From Callorhinchus milii (taxonomy: Eukaryota), in assembly GCF_018977255.1 (NCBI RefSeq), contig NW_024704743.1, positions 52,454,001 through 52,518,000 on the forward strand: a DNA stretch of 64,000 nt. Reading direction: 5' to 3'. Shown here one piece after another: positions 25,974-38,915 of this stretch. Both the position numbers and the translations under genes were made by a program. Position 1 is the first letter of the stretch, and every line of letters starts with the position of its first letter. The notes beneath the pieces were generated by a model, which did not search any database, was not told where the DNA came from, and was given only the letters and a program-made list of their open reading frames with translations.

Positions 25974-26818
25974 AGAGCTGTCTTTAAAGTCTAAAGTGGT
26001 TCAAATCAATATTGAGGCCAGAGGGCTGTAAGGTGCTTAGGAAATAGATAAAGTGCTGTTCTTTGAGCTTACATTGCGTTTCATTGGAGCAGGATAGGAG
26101 GTCAGAGTGGATACACACTGTTTGGGGTACATACAATTGGGTGATCGCTTTGCCGAACACCTCCGTTCCCACCGCACGTGCAAACCTGAGCTTCTGGTCG
26201 CTTGCCACTCTAATTCTGCTTCCCACTCCCACTCTGACCTCTCTGCCCATGCATACTATGCTGTTCCAATGAGGCACAACACAAGTTCAAGGAACAGCAT
26301 TTCATCTACCTCCTAGGCACCTTACAGCTTCTGGCCTCAACATTGATTTTAACCACTTCAGACCTTAAACACAGCTCTCAGCCTTACCTCTCAGCATTAC
26401 CTTCCATCCTCCCCCTCTTCTATAGCCATTCACACATCCTCTGGATCTCAGACACATATTTTCTTTCTACAATCTCCCACTATTGCCTTTTGTCTTGCAT
26501 CCTCAACACCTCTGATTTCATCATCTACTGTCCTCCACCTAATTTTTTCCTTGGTCTTTCTTTAAATACTCCAGGACGCTACCCCATGTAAAGGGCGCTA
26601 TATAAATGCAAACTGTTGCTGTTGTTTCTCTGCCCCTTTCTCTGTTTGTACTTATAATCTGCTCCCTTCCAACATCCCCCAATTCTGACGAAAGTTCACC
26701 AAACTGAAGCGTTAACCCACATTCCTCTCTCCATAGATGCTGCCTGACCTGCTGAGTGTTCCCAGCAACTTCTGTTTTTATTTTAGATTTCCAGCATCTG
26801 CAGTGTTTTGCCTTTTGA
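25974..26818 (+). mobile_element. Penelope-like element remnant (GIY-YIG C-terminal coding fragment + terminal repeat) with an inverted 5' portion
   Basis: LGDRFAEHLRS...VACH.NS..HSHSDL on +; SNETQCKLKEQHFIYFLSTLQPSGLNIDLNHF on -; 25974-26095 is an inverted copy of 26258-26378; hammerhead-like motif at 26681-26717. Confidence 0.7.
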
Positions 26819-28401
26819 AAACTGTCACTTAAGATCTTACTTTTTTTAAGGATCAAGAAAAACAGATTTTAGTGTAATGCTCGGCAATAAATCAATGAAG
26901 AAACAGGGAAACGTGACAGCTCCAGCACTCTTCAGTCAAATAGTCTGATGTCGCCTCCATCTAATTTACCATTTCAAGGGCCGCCAGGCTTGCGACACAT
27001 ATTTTCCTGCCTTAATTAATTGTATATATATTTGATAAGCGTTGTCAGGCAGAGGGAATATCTTTGAAGCAGGTTGAAGTGATTATCTGATTTCATGGAA
27101 ACATACGTGCCTGTGCAAACAATGAACTGATAATGCTCCAAGTGAAATATGCCTCAGCATTGAGAGAACCTTTGTTTCTCTATTCTCACAGAAATGGCTG
27201 TATATGTAATCCAAGCACAGATAATTTCAGCCTCAACGATTTCTTTCAAAGGTGCTTTTGCTGAAAATCAGCCCCAACAGATATGAATCCAAAATAATCA
27301 TTGTGAAGAAATTGAAAGAGAATGCGGCAGAACATGAGTCTTACGAGAAATGAAGAATATCTGGGGAAACTTGTGCAAACTTGCTGTCAGCACAGAGATG
27401 AAGGCAATAAAAGTCAATTGGTTGTTAAAAGGCCATCAAAATGAAATACGGGCAAGCCTGCGATCACAGGTTGGAGTAAAATCAGCAATCAAAAAACAGT
27501 GGGAGCAAAGTGGAGGTTGATCAGTAGGGTTGTAACCCACAGCAACCTTTGTTACCACTTAGCATTAAAACATTTTGACACCAGGAAGAACAGAAATGCC
27601 GCATCGAGCGACAGCACAACATGGGAAGTTACCCGCTGGGAACTGTTTGTTTTGATCAAAGTGAATTGAGAGTTGAGAGCTGAGCAACTTCTTTCTCCAA
27701 CTAAGTAAATAGAGCCTGGTGTTGAAGGGACAATAGGAAATATCTGACTGGCTGGTGGTTCTTTTGTGATAATAATAATCCTTGCATTTGATAGTGTCTT
27801 ATCACGTTGTTGAAACGTCTCAAAGTGCTTCACAGAATATATATTGTATATTATGTGTACACCAAGCATCAGATTACCATGTTTAGGGGTATAGCGCAGA
27901 GAGCAAGTACAAATGATATAAGCTTCTCCTTTTTAACTCTTAACATAACATAACATGTAGGACCAGGAGTAGACCATTCGGCCCTTCGAGCCTGCCCCGC
28001 CATTCAATCATGGCTGATCTTCTAATCTAACTCTTTCCATACAAATTATAATAGTCCTGTATCTTTTTATTTAAGTGAAGTGAATTTGATCATCAGCATG
28101 ACAGATGTCATTGTGGGGGAAGGAATACGTGTTATTCTGTGCCAAAAGTGAACATGGAGCAATAGAGTAAGGACATAATAAAAAATCACTCTAGTCTGTC
28201 TAACAAGCGGCCATAACTCCAACTTCAGATAGGCAATAGGCATTAGGGTAAGTAACATTTCCAACATTACATCACTTGGATGTGGCAGCCAGGCTCAGTT
28301 GGTAAAGGTTGTCGTGTTCACAGACGAATACACAGTCACAACACTTTACAATATATTCTGTGACTCACTTTGAGAGGTCCTCCTGATGTAAAAGATGCTG
28401 T

Positions 28402-28720
28402 AATAATAATAATAATCCTTGCATTTGATATAGTGGTTTTCACCACTTCTAGACGTTTCAAAGCGCTTTACAGAATATACTGTAAAGTGAATTGACCGTA
28501 TATATTTGTGGGTGAAACGTGGCAGCCAATTGCGCACAGCAATGTCCCACAAACAGTCATGGATTGAAAATGACCAATTTATTACTGTTTTGTTTTTTGG
28601 AGGGATTATTATTAGGTGTGTGGAGTAAGGAAACTTACCCAAGGTTTCGCCCTGCCTGGAATTGAACCCAGGTGTCTCGCTTGCAAGGTGAGTACTCTAA
28701 CCACTGAGCTACAGGACTCC
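28402..28720 (-). mobile_element. Full-length family A SINE
   Basis: Same head, core and tail as the other family A copies. Confidence 0.88.
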
Positions 28721-29534
28721 AGTTAACTTAACTTAACTGGAGTCAACTTAACTTAACAGTTAACTAAACCAGAAGATTCCAGCATCAATATTAATTGATA
28801 TTAATATCAATTCTGTATCAATACAAGGAATATTATTATTATTGCGGTTGGTTTTGAGTAGAATTCCTAAATTAATTCTAATTCTTTACAAACGGTTTGG
28901 GGCTGGTACACAGACTTTTAACCCATGAGCCTGGTTAGATTTGATTCCAGTGCTCAGACTCGCTTTATAATCCTTTCCTCAACACTTGCACATTCTGGGA
29001 GTTATTCCCCTGTTGTAATGAAGTTTACTAATCAGTGAGTGAGTGTGTGTATAATAGGATTTCCCATTCCGTATGATCTGCACCAAACAATGGTAAATTT
29101 GCCAACAACCGGAGAGTGTAATCGTATGTATTAAATGCACCTGAGCTCAGTCTGATAAGCCCATAAATTCACTTCTATTTGGAACTGTATGGCTTCTGCA
29201 GCATTCTGGTACATATATCCTGGTGCGTTGCACAATCATGATATTTAAGAGCAAGGCAAGTTCTATTGGTGACCAAAGAATATTACAGGTAGCTGTAAAA
29301 ACTATGTAGTGTATGTCTCTCAGAAACATAATACAAATAATACACTATGTAGCGTTTGTAATGCATCCAAACCCTTGATTCAGTGCCTTGTCCTCCCGGT
29401 GTGAAAGCAGCTATACAGATGTAATTTGTTGTTTGTTGTTATTGCTGTGTTTGGTCCATTTGCAAATTACAGCATTGATTTTGATTTTGCCATATTTCTT
29501 TCTTTCTCATAGAATAATCAATTCCTGTATTGGT

Positions 29535-29903
29535 TATTGGTTAGAGCACTCGCCTCACAAGCGAGAGGACCCGGGTTCGATTTCTGGGCAGGGCGAAACC
29601 TTGGTCAAGATTCCTTACTCCTCACGCCTTTGTTCACCTAGTAGTAAGTAGGAACCTGGTTGTTAGATGAATGTCGGATCAGGTTTTCCGGGGGTAATAA
29701 TCCCATCATAAATAAATAAGAATAAAAATCAGTGATTGTTTGTCACAATCCACGATAGTTTATGCGACACTGCTATGCAATTGGCTCTCCTGGTTTGCCC
29801 ACAAAATACAGTCAATTCACTTTACAGTATATTTTGTGAAGCACTTTGACACGTCTCAAAGACATAATAAGACACAATATCAAATGCAAGGATTATTATT
29901 ATA
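29535..29903 (+). mobile_element. Long-variant family A SINE
   Basis: tRNA head, then an extra segment (gcctttgttcacctagtagtaagtaggaacc...), then Deu-like core and (TTA)n tail. Similar long copies at ~37455-37825 (-), ~41175-41473 (+) and ~45015-45388 (-). Confidence 0.8.
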
Positions 29904-30654
29904 ATAACATGGTTATCGTATCACAATGTATAAGAACAAAACTATATTAAAAACTGTTTCCACACAAGAGAAAGGTCTCCAATTGCATGTAGAGAACGCC
30001 AAAGATTGTGTCTGCAGAAAATGAATACACCAGTCCAGTCAATATTGTTAGAAATAGCTCCAGAAAAACCCACTGTACTTTGTTTCAATTCTTAGAACAG
30101 TTTCTATTACTATTTGAAACTGTTTGGGCAATAGTAATTCGGATAATTTTTTCACTCAGATAGTTGTTGGAAAGTGGAATGCCCTGCCAAGGAACATGGT
30201 AGAGACATAGTCCATTGTGTTATTCAAGAAGATAGTAGATAGGTATATGAAGGATAAAGACTTGAAGAAGCATAAGGCAGCGCAGTGAGATTGAATAAAC
30301 AACTTGCTTTGAGAGCGGATGGGCCCAATGGTCTCCTTCTGCACTGTAAATCTCTGATTTTATGATTAGTGCAGCATTACTAGTAAATGAGGCGGGAGAT
30401 AAACCACCAAACGTGGGCCTAAATGGGGACTGGTACATTATGAATGTTGGAGCTCTGCCTAAAGTAGATGGTATCAGAAGTTGCGTGATTCACAGCCGCT
30501 GCAGTATTAAACATGATAAATGTGAATTGCGTTGGGCTAGCTCCACTGCAGGCTATCTAACAGATAAGCTGGGAACTTTCAACAGACCTTTTTAAAGTTA
30601 GTCAAGAGTTGTGTGTCAGTCTGGTTCAGTTGGTAGCACCCTCCCCTCTGAATC

Positions 30655-31011
30655 TCTGACCTGCTGACTCCGTACCAACCTGCCCGCTCCCTCCGTTCAT
30701 CAGGCTCTGGCCGCCTGCTCCATGTCTCCCGCTGGACCTGCCCTACCATCGGTGGCCGGGCTTTCAGCCTCTCTGCCCCCACACTCTGGAATTCCATCCC
30801 ACGGTCCCTTCGCCTCACTTCCCCCTTGCTTCTTTCAAGACCGGTCTCAAGACCCTTCTGTTTGATTGTGCCTTTGATCGCCCTCCCACCTCTCTGCCTT
30901 CCCTCACCCCTACACACCCCTCCCCCGTGCTCGGGCCCTGACACCTGTGCTTTGGGACGTCCTCCCGACGTGAAAGGCGCTTTATAAATGTCATTTTGTT
31001 GTTGTTGTTGT
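30655..31011 (+). mobile_element. L2-clade LINE 3' fragment nested in a family B SINE
   Basis: Encodes SDLLTPYQPARSLRSSG...TIGGRAFSLSAPTLWNSIP (L2 ORF2 C-terminus); (TTG)n tail; tgaatc on both sides. Confidence 0.85.
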
Positions 31012-34000
31012 TGAATCCGAAAGCTGTGGGTTCAAGCCCTAGGTCGGGTCTTTGAACCCATATGGTCTTTGCTGACACTCCAATGCAGTGTGTTTCATTG
31101 TTGGAGATGACATTTTTTGGATGAAAATTTAAACTGAGATCTCGCTTGCCTTTTCAGGTGGACGTTAAAACCCTTATGGCACTCTTTGAAAAGTAAAGGG
31201 TGTTTCTCCCAATGTCTTGGTCAACAAATACACATGTTCACTTTAGTGAAGCACTTAGAGCATCTCAATGATGGAATAAGGCACTACATCAAATGCAAGG
31301 ATTAGCATTTTTATTATCATTATTGTCATATAATTAACTCATCGAAAATTATAAATACAACTTGGTTCCAGTGTTCTGCTTGTATGCAGCAGCAACAACA
31401 ACAACTTAAAATTTATATATCACATTTCACGTAAGATAGTGTCTCGAAGCAACACACAGCACAGAGAAGGGAGAGAGGTAAGTGACCATAGGCACTGTTG
31501 AAGAAGTCTTAAAATGGAATTTAAAGATAGGTAAAGAGGGGGTGAAGCAGAGGGATAGAGGAAGGGAGTTCCAGAGCTTACGGTGTAGTAATTGAAGACA
31601 TGGCCACCGATGATGGCACAGAGGGTTTGAGGAACATGCAGCTGACCTGTGTCCACTGAGTGAAAGGGGTGGACAATGGAACATGGTAGGAGCAGGTCAA
31701 AAGGCTGAGGAGGTACGAAGAAAACAAAAATCAGGTGTTTGCTTATTACGGTGCTAATTCAACACAATAAATCATTCTTTCCACTCCACATCATTAATCT
31801 GCTCAGGAGCAAATCTGCTCCATTCGTTGCAGTACAGTATAAGCACAGCGTTAGAAAGATCAGCTTGAAATGTCAAACTGGCACTGGATTTGTTTGCTAA
31901 ACATGCTGCAGATTGCTGCAAGTAATGTCAATCTTTCAGTGCAGACATCTGTGTAGTTATTGCAATTTAAAGCTTTCACAAAATGCCCTGCTGAGGATGG
32001 CAATTTGTCTGATAGTGTCTGTATTCAGGTGTAATTTAAATATACAGTAATGGTGAAGATTTTACTCAGAGTATTCAGAAAACAGTATTCATATTGTATA
32101 AATAAGATTAGATTAAAAGCTTGCTAAAAGCCCACACATTTGACAATGTCAGGTTTATTAGACTGCAATGCATACAGATTAAGTTAATCAATATAAAGAT
32201 TCTTCATCTTAGTCACAATCATTTGTTTCATCAAGCTTATGTAATCTTAATGTGAATACATTTCTCTAAGAAATGCTCTCCAAAAGTCTTTCTGTAAATA
32301 ACAATATATGCATTGATACAGCTATAAAGAAAGATTAAACAGCTTGGAGCTTTGCGCTCTGGAGATGAGATAATGGTGAAGGGACCTAATTGAGATGTTC
32401 AAGTCTAAGAAAGGATTTGATAAGGTGGATGTTGAAAAGCTGTTTCCATTTATTGTTCAGTCCAAACAAGTAGGCAAAATATAACCTAGCCAGTTGCAGA
32501 TCTTAAAAGGAGTGTGGTGATGAGCAAGTAAAACTCATTGCTGGAAACTGTTGTTGCAGCAAAAAGCATCAACATATTTAAGATGAATCTTGATGCATAT
32601 GTGAAGGAGAAGGGAATAACATTAAGCCTTGCATTTGATATAGTGTCTTATCATATCACCAAAACATGTCAAAACACTTCCCAATATTTTATTGTACAAT
32701 GTAGTGAAAGTATTTGGGCGAACAAAGCAACTAATTTGAGCAATGCCACACAAACAGCCATGAAGTGAATAATCAATTTTTATCTGGGTTATTTTGGCCA
32801 GGACACTGGGAGAAACTCCCTTCTATTTTTGAATAATAGGTGAGATCTTTAACATTCACCTGAACTTCAGACGGCACCTTAGATTAATCTCTCATCTAAA
32901 GGACGCCACCTTCAACAATGCAACACCTTCAGCACCTTCAGCACTTGGCTTGAATGTCAGCCTGGACAAAATCACAACCTTCTGACAGAGACGAACATGC
33001 CACCAGCTGAAACATACCTAAGGGAGGGATATTCCACCTGGTTTAAATTTACTTCATTTTCTTAACATTTATATAGTCAATTCACTTTACAGTATATTGC
33101 ATGAAGAGCTTTGAGATGTCTCAAAGACGTGATCAGGCACTAAATCAAATGCAAGGATTATTATTATTTCAGAGCTTCCAGAATTTGACAAATTCTTACA
33201 TACACTCTTAATTTAGAAGCCAGTTTTCCATGAGTTCCTTTAAGAACTGGAGAAAAACATCTATAAACATAAGACTGAATGCAATAATTTGCCAAATTCT
33301 GCACATCCTGAAATAATTTTAAAAATCTTACATTTGATATAGCGGCTTTCACATCACGAGGACATCTTAAAGCTTTTCGCAATATGTACTGTAAGTGTTG
33401 TGACTGTGTTCTTTGCAGGTCAACTCGGTAGCCGGTTTGCACACAGCAATATCCTACAAACAGCTATGAAGTGAATGACCAATTTTATTTGGGGGCTTAT
33501 TGGCCAGGACGCCAGGATAAACTCCCTTCTCTTTTCAAATAATGATATGGGATCTTTAACAGTCCCCTAAACATCCAGCTGAAGAAATATCAACAGGTTC
33601 AAAAGAGTTAAATAAAAAGGCTTTCAGAGATCAATTTCAATATTATACAATTTTGAATAAATATTCGGGTGCAATTTTTGCTCACTGCATGTCTTGAGCA
33701 AAATCCAATATATGGATGATGACTAAATTGGATATTTGGCATTGTAGAGTGAAATCACACAGCGAGAATGTTTACTGTTCTTCAGAAAGTAACTTTTAAT
33801 GTCAAAATTGATCTGAACTGAGGAAAACAGATTGTGAGCTTTTACAATAATTGGCCTGTTTGACTTTGCCAGCAAGAGTGGTCCTTCCTTCAGTCAGTGA
33901 CATTTAGAAACCTAATTGAAGAAAAATGCTTTGTCTCCTTTATGCTATGTGACCTGCAGAATGAGATGCTGCACAATTGTGTAGCCTGACTAAGTTGGTA

Positions 34001-34258
34001 GCAATCTGAGTCAAAAGATATGGGTTCAAAAATCCCACATTGGGACCTTGATCTCAGATAGGCCAGGCCGACATACCAATGCAGTTCAGGGGTGTCCTAC
34101 ATGTTGGAGGACCTTCAGATGAAACATTAAATCAAGGTCCCTTCTGCCAAGGAGCCTCTCGCTATAAACTAGGCAGTTGCCTCGGGCAGCAGATTTCTAG
34201 GAGGAGCGATTGGTTTTAAAATGATGGTTTTACAATTCAATTACCCATCTACCAGTCT

Positions 34259-34580
34259 ATAATAATAATAATCCTTGCATTTGATATAACGCTTTTCACG
34301 TCTTCTAGACGTCTCAAAGCACTTCACAGAATATACTATTCTTATTATACTAAGTGAATTGACTGTATATTTGCGGGTGAAATGCGGCAGCCAGTTGCGC
34401 ACGGCAGTGTCCCACAAACAGTCGTAAATTGAAGTGACCAATTTTATTATTGTTTTTTTTCTCGAGGGATTATTATCAGGTGTGTGGAGTAAGGAAACTT
34501 GCCCAAGGTTTTGCCCTGCCGGGAATCGAACCCAGGTCTTGTGCTTGCAAGGCAAGTGCTCTAACCACTGAGCTACAGGG
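34259..34580 (-). mobile_element. Full-length family A SINE
   Basis: Same head, core and tail as the other family A copies. Confidence 0.88.
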
Positions 34581-37500
34581 CTACACTGAGCTACCACTGA
34601 GCGAAGCGAGCTGGGCTAGTGCCCCGTGCCCCTCGTGTCTATTGTACTCGCTGGATTGTTCGGGTCCCCCAAATACCTAAGTGAGTTTAAAGAGAGCATC
34701 TATTGTCCAGTGGTTTCGGTTTAAGTGTTTAATTTCCCGAGATCCGTTACTGTGAAGCGCTCTGAGACGCTGTATGGCGTGGCGGGTGCTATATAAATCC
34801 AAGTTGTTGTTGTTGTAATTCATTGTTTCGAACTTTCTCTTTGAGCGAACTTTCCAAGATAACTATTTTCAGAAGTTGGTGATATTTCATGCGATACCAT
34901 TTGATACCAAGCTTTCAGATTTAACACTAAGAAGAACAGGTGTGACTACAGAACAGTTTGCTCTTCAAAAGAGTTCATATGAGGTTGCAAACATTTCAAG
35001 ATTCAATAGGAAAAAAATTATTTCATCTTTCCTCTCTTTGCCACTGTTATATATTGTTAGATGTCAGCCTGGCTAAGTTGGCATCACTCTCACCCTGAGC
35101 TAGAAGTTTGTGAGTTAAAGCCCCATTTCTGGACTTGTATAGTCTCGGCTGACACTGTGGTGCAGTGCAGTGTTGGATGTGTGTTGCATTGTTGCATAAG
35201 GATAAGACGTTAAACCAAGGTCTCGTCTGCCTGTTCAGGTGAACGTTAAAGATCCTACGGAAATATTCAAAACGAGAAGATAGTTTGGCTCAGGGTCGTA
35301 GCCAACAATCCCAAGATAAACACTTTTTAAATACTACACCCGATCAGAACTGCAAACCAGTTGCTTCAATCAGACATTAATGTTCGGAGACCATGGTAGC
35401 CTTTAGAAAGGTTGATATAGTTGCCCACTATTCTATTGAAGAAAAGGTAAGAAAATAACTTGAGGTTGTAAATATAACTTTTAAAATAAATAAGCAGCTT
35501 CAAGTTGTTGTTTATAAAAAAGCAGTTCAACTAGATTGTGAGAGTTGCCCAAGACGATACATTGTGGTCTAATTTGTGGCTCGTGTTAATCATGTATAAG
35601 CACAATGTGTATCCAGCGACATACATGTGCTTTCATTGTCCAATTAGCAATCAACGCTAGTTCAATGCTGACTTCATGACTGTTTATTGGACATTGCTGT
35701 GTGCAAATTGGATGCCACAAAGATACACAGTCACTCCACTTTGCAGCAAATCCTATGAAGCTCCTTGAGATGTCCTGCTGGTGTGAACGGTGTTATATCA
35801 AATGTAAGGATTAATTTTATTGTTAAGAACTGCTGTAATTCCCTGCGTACATACTACATATGATTAGCACAACTCGTAAATTGACTTTACGCTATTTCTA
35901 ACATAGAATTCAGCAAAACTATTTAACGCATTCCATTTAAGAAAATTTTTGAAATATGATTTTCATACAATACTATTTTGTGAAGAACATACCGAACAAT
36001 TCACATGTGAGTTAATATCAAAGCTTGTGTTTATTTTTTCTTCTGCTTTTTATAATTGTGAGGGTGAAGAGTGTTTTCAGTTGTCAAATTCTGTCACTGG
36101 TGCACCATTACAAGCCATTAGTTGTCAATCTAACAATGATAACATAATATCCATTTGAACAAAATGTTTACTAAATTCCCTTAACAGTTCAAAAAAACAA
36201 GCATTTCACACTTGTTCTACCTTTATACTTTGACAAGTGCTATGACAGTATCCTGCACCTTCATTTTTTGCTCTGTTCAATCATTGGGTTGTCAGGGAAG
36301 ACCAATTATGTAGCACTTTGGTGCTGCAGAACACAAAAAGTAATAGTGGTTATTACTGCTGCCAATCTCCACCAGCAATTATAGATAATTTGAGGTCTGA
36401 CTGCCAAAAAGCAAAGCCTAAAAGCACAGATAACAATATAAAGGAAAAGATTTTTCAAAAACAAAAACAATTGATTAATTTCCCTGGAAGTATTTTCACT
36501 TATCCAAATTTTGGATAGAAATTTCTGCACTTGGGGTGCTTTAGGGTGTCTTGGGATATCCTCCCGGCATGAAATATCCTATATAAATTTCTATTGTATT
36601 GCTGTGTACTGCTGCTATCTGTTTTGTTTATAAACCTTTTTTTTATTAATCCTACTATTCAGCTCTCCCCATATTTCTTCATGTGTTTTTTACTGCTCAG
36701 GTGCTTATCCAGTTCCCTTTTGAACATTTCTACTGATGCAGCCTCAACACAGCTAATTGTGGCAATGAATGTTATGCTTGTCAGGACTGCAAACAAATAA
36801 AGAAAGAGAAAAAAAGAAGGAAAAAAAGGTAGGCAGGCACTGGCTTGGCATCACTACATTGGGAGCACTGCCTGGCAAGTTTCCTGCAGCCACCTTCCTG
36901 TTAGGGCTTTAGCTTGTAGGGTTAACAGGAGCACTGCTTGCCATTGCCAAAGTCCCCTTATCTTCTCTGAGCAAAGCTTAAGAAAGCATTCTCAAATGTT
37001 GAGTGAAAAAGAAATATAAACTCACTGGAAACAAAAATGAATTTTTGATAGTGCAGAGTAGGCTACTTGATGCACATTAAATAAATGTGAAGCGGAACAA
37101 TCTGGGGTCACAAATTATAGTCAGACCACTTTCCAGTATAATAAAAAATAATGCTTCCATTTGATATAGCTCCTTATCACATCTTCTAGACATCACAGCG
37201 TTTCACAGAATGTCCTGTAAAGCACATTAAAACATCTCAATGACTTGATGAGGCTATATTAAACACAAGGATTATTATTGTTGTGTGGTTGTCCATTTAT
37301 AGTTTGTTAACACAGCTCAGTTACTGTTTCAGCCATTTATTTAGCCATTATTTGCTGTACCAGATTGTTACCACAAGAGGAGGCCAGTGTGCTGGTAAAT
37401 GTTGCAGAAGGTACACCCACACCACCTAGTGGCAAACATAATTAGTAATATAATAATTATAAGATAATAATCCTTATATTTGATATGGTGCCGTATCACG

Positions 37501-38079
37501 TTGTTGAGACATCTAAAGCGCTTCACAGAATATACAGTAAAGTAAATTGATTGTATATTTTTGTGGGTGGAACGCAGCAGCCAATTGCACACAGCAATGT
37601 CCCACAAGATGTCATGGATTGAATGACCACATTTTTTTGGGGGGTGGGGGATTATTACACCCAGAATGAGCAATCCACCAATCAACTAACAACTGGGTTC
37701 CTACTTATTGCTAGGTAAACAAAGGTGTGCGGAGTAAGGAAAGTTGCCTAAGGTTTCACTGGGAAACTAACCCAGGTCCTCTCGTTTGCGAGGCGAGTGC
37801 TCTAACCACTATGCTACAGGATTCCACCTGTAACAATAAAACTCACTGTTAGGTCATCTTGATTTCTTTGCTGTCTACGGTAGTTTGATATTAGTTAATA
37901 AAGGAGTCGATTTTGCAGCAACAATAACTCCCATTTCCCCCCATCCTCTCTGTCACTAAAACCTTCTGCAACCTCCTGCCATGGCTGCTCCCTCCACTCA
38001 GCAAACACAGCCTACTTCTCTCTGTTGCCTTCAATACTTCTCCATCGTCCCCCCTCCCTGCTTCACCTCCAGTTCTTCT

Positions 38080-38915
38080 TTCTTAAAGTAGATAAGTCAC
38101 CTGGTCCGGACGGGTTACATCCTAGGTTACTGAGGGAAATAAAGGTGGAAATATTGGAGGCTCTGGCCACAATCTTTCAATCCCACGGTATTAAAGGGAC
38201 AGTGGCAGCATGGATACAGAAATGGCTGGGAGACAGAAAGCAGAGAGTGGTGGTAAGTAGTTGTTTTCTAGACTGGAGGGAAGTGTGCAGTGGTGTCCTC
38301 CAGGGGTCGGTATTGGGAACACTGCTGTTTTTAATTTATACAAATGACCTGGACTTGGGTATAGTGAGTACAATTTCCAAGTTTGCAGAAAAGTAGGACT
38401 AAGTTAGGAAAAGTAGTGAACAGTGAGGAGGATAGTAGCAGACTGCAAATGGACATAGACTGGTAAAATGGGTTTAACATGGAGAAATGCAAAGTGATGC
38501 ATTTCGGCAGGAAGCTAGGACTATTCTCCTTGGAGCAGAGAAGATTAAGAGACTTAATAGAAGTTTTCAAAATTATGAGGGGATTCAATAGGTCAAACAA
38601 GGAGAAATTATTTCCACTGGCGGGTGGGTCGGTAACCCGAGGACACAGATTTAGAATAGATGTTAAAAGAAACGGGAGGTGAGAATTTTTGTCACACAGC
38701 GAATTGTTCAGATCTGGAATATGTTGCCTGGAAGGGTGGTGGAAGCTGATTTGATAACTACTTTTAAGAGAGTAGACAATTATTTGGGAAGGACAAGTTT
38801 GCAGAGCCATGGGGAGAGTGGGATTGAATTGGATTGCACTTTTCAAAGAGCCGGCACAGACACGATGGGCCAAATAGTCTCCTTCCTTCTATGCTGTATA
38901 ATTCTATGATTCTAA
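38080..38915 (+). mobile_element. CR1 LINE remnant with multiple internal deletions
   Basis: KVDKSPGPDGLHPRLLRE, WLGDRKQRVVV, GVLQGSVLG, KCKVMHFGR, LGLFSLEQRRLR; (TTCTATGA)-type tail. Confidence 0.85.
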
